A stretch of DNA of 64,000 bases from Octopus vulgaris. Taxonomy: Eukaryota. Below are positions 53,576-64,000 of this stretch, in pieces. The position numbers and the translations under genes were made by a program. The notes beneath the pieces were generated by a model that worked only from the letters and a program-made list of their open reading frames with translations, searched no databases and was not told the DNA's origin. The stretch covers positions 58,218,001-58,282,000 of the forward strand of contig OX597816.1 of the NCBI GenBank assembly GCA_951406725.2. Reading direction: 5' to 3'. Positions within the stretch are counted from its first letter, which is position 1; the number at the start of each line of letters is the position of its first letter.

Positions 53576-55387
53576 TGGTGGTATTTTATCCGACGCTCTT
53601 CCAATTCCGCCATTATCAATCTTAATGACAGTAAACCAACAGAAACTGTGAAACTTCCACAATTTATGAATTTTCGATAAAAAAGCAACAAAAACTTTAA
53701 AGATATCCGCATTATTACCTTTAAATATTCAAATATCATACAGGGATAACAGAGACATTTCCATCTGCTTTCCAATGTTGGCACGAGGCCAGTATTTGTA
53801 GGGGGAAGAGGATTGTCGATTACATTGAGCCCAAGTGCACAGCTGGTATTTATTTCATCGACCCTGTAGGGATAAACGGTAAAATCAACCTCGGCAGAAT
53901 TTGAACTCAGCGTAAAGAGCCGGAAGAAATACCTCAAAGCGTTTTGTTCGACACGCTAAGCATCCTGCTCGCCGCCTTAATAATCCTTTCTACTAGAGGT
54001 ACGAAGCCTGAAATTTTGTGGGGAGGGGGTAAGCCGATTACAGCGACTGGTACTTTAATTTATCGACCCCGAAAAGATGAAAGGCAAAGTCGATCTCGGT
54101 GGAATTTGAACTCGAAACGTAAGGACGGACGAAATACCGTTGCGCATTTTTGCCCGGTGCGCTAACGATTCTGCCAGCTCGCCGCCTTAATAGCAATAAT
54201 GATGATGATGATGATAATGATGATGATGACGATTTCTTTTATTGGTTATGAGGACCCAGGACACAGAAGCCCACATCAAAAGACGAAATACACGACGGGA
54301 AAAGGTGTGTGCGTGTGCGCGCGCGGGCTTACATCGAAGGGAAAAAAACAACAACATTTAAACAAAAAAACATAAAAACAGAATTTGGAAAAACAAAAAG
54401 AAAAAGCTTCTACCACCGCGGGGCAATTCACTTTGGGTAATTCGGGGAAACCTGACACAAAACGTCGCGCCTTACTCTGCCCTTTTCAAGGCATTGAAAT
54501 AATAGTAATAATAGAAATAAATACCAGGCGCAGGAGTGGCTGTGTGGTAAGTAGCTTGCTTACGAACCACATGGTTCCGGGTTCAGTCCCACTGCGTGGC
54601 ACCTTGGGCGAGTGTCTGCTACTATAGCCTTGGGCCGACCAAAGCCTTGTGAGTGGATTCGGTAGACGGAAACTGAAAGAAGCCTGACGTATATATGTAT
54701 CTATGTATGTATGTGTGTGTGTGTGTGTTTGTGTATCTGTGTTTGTCCCCCTAGCATTGCTTGACAACCGATGCTGGTGTGTTTATGTCCCCGTTACTTA
54801 GCGGTTCGGCAAAAGAGACCGATAGAATAAGTACTGGGCTTACAAAGAATAAGTCCCGGGGTCGAGTTGCTCGATTAAAGGCGGTGCTCCAGCATGGTCG
54901 CAGTCAAATGACTGAAACAAGTAAAAGAGTAAGAGTAATACGGCTGAAGAAGGAAACCTTCGGCTTCAAGACTTCTAGACAGGAAGTAGAGTGGTGGGTT
55001 GTGGCATTCATGACTAAACGTTGCTGACACAATACAATACTGGCAGAGAAATTCCACCAAATTTAGAACGGACGAAAACATCAGGCTTACAGACGCCAAC
55101 TCAATTACAAACCAAAGATTGCTGACAAGCAGCGCAAGAACATATACAACACACCATGCTACATACACATATATGTACAAACTTCCACACATGCGCGCGC
55201 ACACACAAACACACACACACACACATACACACGCGCGCGCAAGCGCTCGTGAGGAAACATATGCAACCATATTGAAAGAATGGAACATCCATTGCCAAAC
55301 TTTATTGTATTTATATCCTGGTACCTCTGTGTGTATATATATATCAGTGTGTGTGCGTGCATGTGCGTGTGTGTGTGTGTGTAAGTG

Positions 55388-55421
<34 letters not shown>

Positions 55422-55547
55422 TGTGTGTGTGTGTACTAAAACCCTATATATAAGTTTTTCCTGTCACGCTTTATATCGTATAGAGAGAGAGGGAGAGAAA
55501 ATAAAAGAAAGACAGAGGCAGACAAATAGATAGAAGGACAGACAGGC

Positions 55548-55628
<81 letters not shown>

Positions 55629-56248
55629 AAGTGCTAACATGAAAGGTGGAAGATGAAAGCAGGTACTCGGCTTGGTGGCAGACAATGTATAAAGCAACGC
55701 TTTACAAACACAAAGAGAAAGAAGAAGATGATGGAAGCACTGGAGGAGGGGAAGAGAATAAATAAGAGAGCAATAATTTTCTTTTCAAAGTTTCTATTCA
55801 TTTCATCATTTGTATAAAAATAAACACCTAGAAATTTGATAAAAGTGAATTGTAATTCTTCTAAATATTCCAAATTTCCTGATTTTTTTTCCGATGGTGG
55901 AGAAAGTAAACTTCGAAACTCAACCGTCACAAGTCAGGTAATATCCTACTGTTCTTTCATTTGCTTCAGTCATTTGACTGCGGCCATACTGGAGCACTGC
56001 CTTCAAGGGTAATTTGGTCGAAGAAATCGACCCCCAGGACTTATTCTTTGCAAGCCTAGTACTTATTCTGTTCGGTCGGTCGTTTTTGTCGAACCGCTAA
56101 TATTATGGGGACATAAACACATCAGCATTGGTTGTCAAGCGATGGCGCAGGGATGGGGGTAAACACAAATATATTCATACATACAGATACATGGTTCCGG
56201 TCCTTCTTGTGAATGGGTTTGGTAGACGGAAACTGAAAGAAGCCCGTC

Positions 56249-56282
<34 letters not shown>

Positions 56283-56449
56283 AGCACAAAAAAACACAAC
56301 GCGAGGACGTGGAACAAATATGGTATTATTGGACGCTCAGGAAAGAAGGAAAGAAGGAGGGTTTAACGTTTCGAGCAGAGCTCTTTGTCGGAAACATAGG
56401 AGAAGGAAAGATCCAGAGAAGGGAAGACAGGGAAAAAAAATCGCCAACG

Positions 56450-56533
<84 letters not shown>

Positions 56534-58285
56534 TATATATATATAATTTCACTCCCAAGCTATGGGTGAAAACGATAGTTGTCCAGGTGTCACGCCAAGA
56601 CATACACACACACTTGTACACACATACATCGGTAAGTGTGGTTTGTGGGTGCACCACACTGAAGAAGGGTACGCGTGCACTATTGAATGAATTCTTGAAG
56701 TTGATAAAGAAAATAGTATACGGGAGCGGAGTGGGGGCGGGTCGGTGTAGTGGAGAGGGATGGGTGGGAAGAAGGAGAGGAGGAGGAGGAGGAGGTTCGG
56801 AGTGGTGGTGGCGGGGGCTGCCATTCACAGGTCAGTGCGTGTGGAGTTGCTACTATTCGTGTTGGGTCAAGGGAGTGAGATTCGCCCGCCGCGTAGTAAA
56901 AAGTAATGTTTTTTTTTTGGGGTCAGCAGGGGTTAACGGCAGTCTGTCATCTTGGAGATATTTCCAGCGTTAGAAGGAGGGTGTGGGGGAGGGGGGCTGG
57001 GTGGAGTTAGGGAATGAAGTGGCGGTGGGGTTGGGAGTGTATGTGTGTGTGTGGGGGGGAAGAAGCCGGCACGTGACAGACGTGTATTTTTAGTGCCGAG
57101 CTCTTCAGTCGCCGTGAACTAACTCGCCCACCACCACCACCACCAACCACCTCACCAGCCACCACTCCTCCTTCATAACATCGCCATCATACAACCACCA
57201 CCACCACCACCCTCACCGGCACCAGCCCGGACTAATAATACCAGCCGTGCCCCCTGATCTCCCCCACCTCCCCATTCCATATGGTGGGGCTCCGGGTCTT
57301 GACTTGATAAACCAAATACTTACTCGTTTCCCCCTCCTCTGCCTTCTCCTCTGACGAAGAAGGAGGCAGCTAAACGTTTCCACTTACTTGAATAGTGATG
57401 TTGTTTATGACGATGATGATGATGACGTCATCACCCTGGACTTGAATCTTTTATTCTTTACCTGTTTCAGTCATTAGACTGCGGCCATGCTAAGGCACCG
57501 CCTTGAAATTTTAGTCGAATGAATCGACCCCGGTACGTATTCTATCGGTTTATTTTGGCAAACCGCTAAGTTATGGGGACGTAAACACACAGTACCAGTG
57601 ATGGATTGGATCTGTAATCTTCGAATTAGCTTTCTCCTTTCTGGTTTTGAGAAGCCTAATTCCTCAGGATTAGTATTTAAGCAGTCCCAGTCCCCCACCC
57701 AATTACAGGTATAAACCCGAACGTGGCTGCATGTTAAAAAGTTCCTTTTCCACATGGTTCCGAATTCAGTCCCACTGCATGAAACCTTGGGCAAGTGTCT
57801 TTTACTATAGCCCCGAGTCAACCAAAGCGTGTATGTATGTATCTTTTACCGCATACTTGTTTTAGGCGTTGAACTGCGGCCATGCTGGGGCACCGTCCTG
57901 ATGAGTTTAATCAAACAAATCGACGCCAGTGCTAATTTTCCTTTTGCAGAAACGCTAAGTTTTGGGGACGTAAACAAACCAACATTGGTTGTCAAGCGAC
58001 GGTAGGTGACAAACAAGTACACAAACCGACACTTACGTATACACGAGAGGCTTCTTTCAGTTTCTGTCTACCAAATCCACTCACAAGGTCAACCCGGGGA
58101 TATAATAGAAGACACTTGCCCAAGGTGCCATGCAGTGGGATTGAATCCGAAACCATGTAGTTGGGGAGCAAACTTTTTAACATGTAATCACGTCAATATG
58201 TATTAATATGGCCCAGTTTTGGCCAAAATATATTTTAGTTTTATCTAAGTTCATAGTGGTAAGGGAAAGAGACACATACAGACAC

Positions 58286-58446
<161 letters not shown>

Positions 58447-58773
58447 ATGTACCTCCACAGTTTCCGTTTGCCAAATTCATTTATTCACAAAGAATTTGTT
58501 GCTTCGGGGCTATAGTAGGAAACACTTGCCCATTGTTCTCTATACATTATAATTGTGTACACACAGTGGTATTTTATAGGCCCGTTTTATGTGCGTACAC
58601 TATTTTGAATTCTAGTCCGGCTAGCTTTGGTACAAATAGTAGTATTCTTTGATGATTTCCATATCGGGACAAGTATTTTCATTATGGCTCAGAACGTCGG
58701 AAGTATTCATTACTGAGGGGGTCAAATCAGGTCGAAACACTGGGGTCTGGCGATTCACAGGTGTTCTGAGAAA

Positions 58774-58964
58774 AGCCCTGTTTTTTAACTCATGTTTCCT
58801 TGAGCCAAAATATCAAAATGTTATATACACCAGTATGTTTTTTATGAAAGAAGAAAAAGACTTCGAGTCCATGAGAAACAGTTCCAGCAAATGCTTTCCG
58901 TTCAAATGGAGTCAGACTGCAGGTAATGGCCCCACTAATGTGATGGAGATTTCCAATGGTGCTT
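58774..58964 (-). pseudogene. UQCRQ: Decayed copy of cytochrome b-c1 complex subunit 8 (QCR8)
   Basis: KH/IGNLHHISGAITCSLTPFERKAFAGTVSHG matches the QCR8 N-terminal pattern FGNL..xxGxxxYSLSPFEQxAF. In a shifted frame LVYITF*YFGSRKHELKNR resembles the C-terminus. No start codon, with frameshifts and a stop. Confidence 0.65.
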
Positions 58965-59629
58965 CTTCTTTTCTTCATCAAGTACAGGACAGGTGATAAA
59001 CACCTACACCAGTATTTTAATCGATGTCTGTTTCAAGTGTGTAAGTTCTATTGTGATGATAAGATATTGTTGTGATGATAAGATAAAGCAGTTACGGTTT
59101 TGGGACTCTTGACCTTCCTTCCGTCTAGGACAAAGGAGGGGAGAAAGAGAAAGGGAGGAAAAAGTGAAAGCCTGTTGTTTTGTATACATATTATGACGTA
59201 TGTGTTGCCGTGAGCTTTGAGGTTTCAGCTTTACCAAGAAAAGATCACTTGGTTCGTTTGTGCTGGATAATATTTTTCATTTTTAACTTGTTTCAGTCAT
59301 TAGACTGTAGCCATGCCGGGGCAACGCCTTGAACAAATTTAATCGAACGAATCAACATCAATGCTAAATCTTTTAAAGCCTCGTACTTAATGTATCGACC
59401 TGTTTTTGCCGAATCGCTACGTTACGAGATTGTAAACACACAAACATCGGTTATCAAGTAGTGGTGGAGAACAAACACAAACACACACACTTACATATAT
59501 ATATATATATATATATATATAGTATAGGAAAGAATGGTCGTAACTTCAACCGTGCCCTTTCTGTTGTGAGTTTGCTACCCAGGTATCGGTTATCTTTCGA
59601 ATTATCCGTAATAAGATAATTCATTTGTC

Positions 59630-59663
<34 letters not shown>

Positions 59664-59678
59664 TGAAAGAAGCCTGCC

Positions 59679-59744
<66 letters not shown>

Positions 59745-60721
59745 GGCAGGCTTCTTTCAGTTTCTATCTACCAAACCTACTCACAAGGCTTTGTTCGGCC
59801 TGAATCTATCGTAGAAGACACTTGCCCATAGTGCCACACAGTGGGACTGAACCCGGAACCATGTAGTTGGGAAGCAAGTTTCTTACCACACAGCCACTCC
59901 TGGATATGTCTCGGAGTTTGTTCCAAAAATTGAAGACCCAATATTTTCACACTAACCGAACTGACAAACCTATCCATTTCCCGCGCTGTCTAAATTTGGA
60001 AGAGAAAAAGTGAGAGAGGAAAAAAAAAAAAACAAGTAAAAACGAAAACAAAAACACATTAGGCAATGTTATGCCTTGAAAGGCGGGGGTCACTATATTA
60101 AGGTTGGCAAACCCCCTTGCGAGATACGCAAGAATGAATATTCGAAAATGTTTCACACTTAACTGCTGCTAATCTATGATTTTGTCCTCGACATTTGTCG
60201 ACTGGTAGGTGTTGAAAATAAACGAGATATCCCCATGTGTTGACATCTTCAAACAACCCTTCCCTTCTTGCATTTTACACTAAGTGAACTGTGACAGGCA
60301 ATGATTGAAGAGAGATTCTCTCTTCGCTGCTAGTTTTTGATATATGATTAAATATGGCAGCCGTTGACTCTACGTTCCCTTAAATGAATCATTACAGACT
60401 ATCAAGTTGTGCCCATAGCCTGCATGCATGTATGCGTGTGCCTGTGTACATATATATATATATATATGTGTGTGTGTGTCTTTTATCTTTTACTTCTTTC
60501 CTTTCATTCACTGAATTGCGGTCATGCTGCAGCACCGCTTTCAAGGGTTTTTACTCGAACGGATCGGATCAACCCGCGTGTTTATTTTTTTTTCTAAGCC
60601 TGGAACTTGTACTATCGGTCTGGTTTTGCCGAACCGCTAAGTAACAAGGAGGTAATCAAACTAGCACCGGTTGTCAAGCAGTGCTAGAGGACATCATATA
60701 CAGACGCACACACATGTATGT

Positions 60722-60780
<59 letters not shown>

Positions 60781-60833
60781 GTTCGTATGTTTTGTTTTTA
60801 CATTACACTTAAGGTTATGCCCCCCTCTCTCTC

Positions 60834-60868
<35 letters not shown>

Positions 60869-62634
60869 TCATCATCGCTTAACGTCCGTTTTCCATGCTA
60901 GCATGGGTTGGACGGTTTGACTGAGGACTAGCAGCACCAGGCTCCAATCTGATCTGGCAAAGTTCCTACTGCTGGACACCCTTCCTAACGCCAACCACTC
61001 TGAGAGTGTAATGGGTGCTTTTTACGTGCCACCGGCACGGGAGCCAATCAGGCGGTATCATGTCTTTGTGGCGTGTGCCTCAGTCGTTAACTCTGAAGCT
61101 ACACTGGGACACTTCCTTGAAGTGTTTAGTCGAACATATTAATCGTTATATTTCCAAGTCAGGTACCTATTCTATCGCTCTCTGTTGTTAAATCGCTAAG
61201 TTACAGGGACATTCACAAACCAACACCGGTTGGCGACACAACGCTATGTTTAATGACATCGCTAAACCGTTTAAACTATTCTATAGTTTATAGCCTCTTT
61301 CTGCTGTCTACTGTTGTGATTGATTCAATGACTGCAGACCTGCCATTTTACATTTCTTAAATCCTGGAATTCCGATTAGAAATTTCATCTGTTGATAAAC
61401 TATCGAGTCGTCTGCATATCACTGCTCGCTTGTGCATTTGGAAAACCCGATAACGTCGAGAGCTGTGTAAAGAATTGCAGAATTTTCTGGATGTCGTGCC
61501 AACTACATACCTGACTGTGCCACGTTAACATCACAATAAATTCTCTTAAGGATGGCAGCGAGCTGGCAGAAACGTTAGGACGCCGAGCGAAATGCTGAAC
61601 GGTATTTCGTCTGTCGTTACGTTCTGAGTTCAAATTCTGCCGAGGTCCACTTTGCTTTTCATCCTTTCGAGGTCAATAAATTACGCACTGGAGTCGATAT
61701 AATCGACTTAATCCGTGTGTCTGTCCTTGTTTGTCCTCTCTGTGTTTAGCCCCTTGTGGGTAGTAAAGAAATATGTATTTCGTCTGTCTTTACGTTCCCA
61801 GTACAAATTTCGCCGTGGTCAACTTTGCCTTTCATCCTTTCGGGGTCGATAAATTAAGTACTAGTTGCGTACTGGAGTCGATCGAATTGACTGGCTCCCC
61901 GAAAATTTCTGGCCTAGAGTAGAAAAGATTATACACTTAACGAAATAACTGTAGTGTTACCAGTTAACCCATTCGTATGTTTTATTATGTTTTTACGCTA
62001 CAATTAAGGTTCTATTCATCTATAGATACTTTTGGATAGTCTTGGAGTTGCGTATTGCCAAAGAACACCGAACTTGCCTCTATCAATGCATTCCATGCTA
62101 TGATAATAGATTACTGAACGGATTTGGATAATTCTGTCAAGCCAACAATTGTGATGTGCTTCACTTTGATATGCCTAGATCCTTTATGGACCCCTGTTCG
62201 AAAATCTACATACATACATACATACATACATACATACAGATCGTTAGCCACTACACACATTTTTTTCTCTCCTTGTTTTTTCTGTGTCCCTTTCCATAGA
62301 AGAGCGTTGGGTCGAAACGTAAAAGACTTTTTCTATTCCTGAGCGTTATACTAATACATCTGTTTGTTTTGTACACCACCTGTCTTCGTCGTTTGTTTAT
62401 TTTCGTAAACTCTCGATACATAAATACATACATACGTACGTACAAAGCAAAAACCTCTTCCATTTTTCTCGAGCGTCAAATTAGTAGCCCTCCTCACCTT
62501 GTTTGTGGTTCTCTCACTTGTCTCTGTTTTGGTTTTTGCACAATTTCGAACCACACACACACACACACACACACATCTGTGTATGAGTGAGAATGTGTGA
62601 ACGTGTGAATGTTTGCGCTTAAATTAATAGTAAT

Positions 62635-62682
<48 letters not shown>

Positions 62683-62811
62683 TACATTCGCATACATATG
62701 TACACATAGGCGCGCGCGCACATATATATCTCGGTTCTATTAAAAGAGACATTGTAAAGTCAGTGTTAATCAAAGCTTACTTGAAATAATTGAGCTATAC
62801 ACACATTAATA

Positions 62812-62845
<34 letters not shown>

Positions 62846-62926
62846 CGCATACACATACATACGTATATATATATATATATGTGTATATACATATATATAC
62901 ACATACATATATATATATACATATGC

Positions 62927-62957
<31 letters not shown>

Positions 62958-63335
62958 TATACACATACATATGCATATATATATATTTATATATATATAT
63001 ATACTCACACACACACACATATATATGCACATACATACATATATATACACATATGTATGCATGTGTGTGTGTGTGTGTGTGTGTTTGTGTGTGTGTATGT
63101 TTGTGTCTGTGTGGTTTATTGTGTGCGTACGGGAATGTATAAGCTCGTACATAAGAAAGAAGGAATACTTGAAGCGAAATATCGCAACGTTGAATGTCGG
63201 ACAGAGAAATACGTTCCAGGAATTAGCAATGAAAGTGGATTGCAGGTTAATTTTAGCTGAAGAACGAAACAGCTAGAAACCCAGTCACTAGCTTTTATAG
63301 CGCTGTTATAAGAGACTAAAGATCTATGATAGACC

Positions 63336-63369
<34 letters not shown>

Positions 63370-64000
63370 CAAGACCTCTGATAAACTGTTTAGATACCTA
63401 CTAAAATTTGCACGTTTTAGTTATCTCATCGCCATTAAAAAATGGTTTAACCCTCAATAAAAGAAAACAAAAAATGAAAGAAAATAATAAACATGAGAAC
63501 CGAAAAAATTAAACAACTTATTGAATCTGATAACATTTTTATAACAAATCATACCATTCCTATTACGGAGGCCAAACGTCTGCAATGTGTTGAAGTATTG
63601 AATCAAAAGGCTCTGACTCTTTTAATCCAATCTCTTGTCGCCACATTAGCTCAATATTTTAGTGGGGAGATAACCCAGTAATTTAATGGCAAGTTTTTAA
63701 TGGGGGTGAGATAACCAAAAAGTACCCTAAAATTGACTAATTAAGACTAAACGACGAGAGAGGATAATCGTTGTTTCGGAGTTCACTTTTTGTACACACG
63801 TTCTTCGTTTGTTTAAATACCACATTCTCTCGCTCTGTCTATGAGTATACAGAAATACTATACACACACACACGTTTATTTATCATCATTGGTTTTCACA
63901 TCTACTTATGCAAGCCTGCATGTATCGGAAGGAGTTCATTGGGGCAGATATTCTTCGATCGAATGCTTTTCCTGTTTCAAAACCTCACTTGTTTCCAAGC

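Noticed and set aside
53327-53680. Host C2H2 zinc-finger gene
   Set aside because: Single incomplete finger with no TGEKP linker or array; better explained as a LINE end.
63255-63280. CTGAAGA-AC-GAAAC-AGCT as a hammerhead
   Set aside because: No stem II and no NUH with stem I pairing; probably chance or heavily deleted.

Overview
AT-rich, microsatellite-dense eukaryotic genomic DNA. The SINE repertoire points to an octopus or related cephalopod (inference). The one clearly supported host gene is a minus-strand mitochondrial-clan cytochrome P450 (CYP24/CYP27/CYP10-like). I traced nine coding exons with GT-AG boundaries and consistent phases from 37095 down to the stop at 2575 (1308 nt = 435 aa + stop). 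Its first coding exon was not found. The rest is intronic or upstream sequence packed with tRNA-derived SINEs, two decayed full-length mariners, an internally deleted THAP-containing ISL2EU/Harbinger-type transposon, MITEs, R4/Dong- and RTE-type LINE fragments and a decayed UQCRQ-like pseudogene. The most notable non-obvious signal is a set of type I hammerhead-ribozyme (HHR) motifs with palindromic, dimer-type stem III in short, mostly (TA)n-associated elements that resemble Penelope-like pseudo-LTRs. These include two different HHRs in tandem (one split by a SINE with an 8-bp TSD), one HHR with an inverted partial copy, and a multi-copy family with non-canonical cores. A Penelope-type GIY-YIG remnant and several fold-back palindromes at or near (TA)n tracts accompany them. 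Most ORFs in the supplied track are microsatellite or SINE translations.
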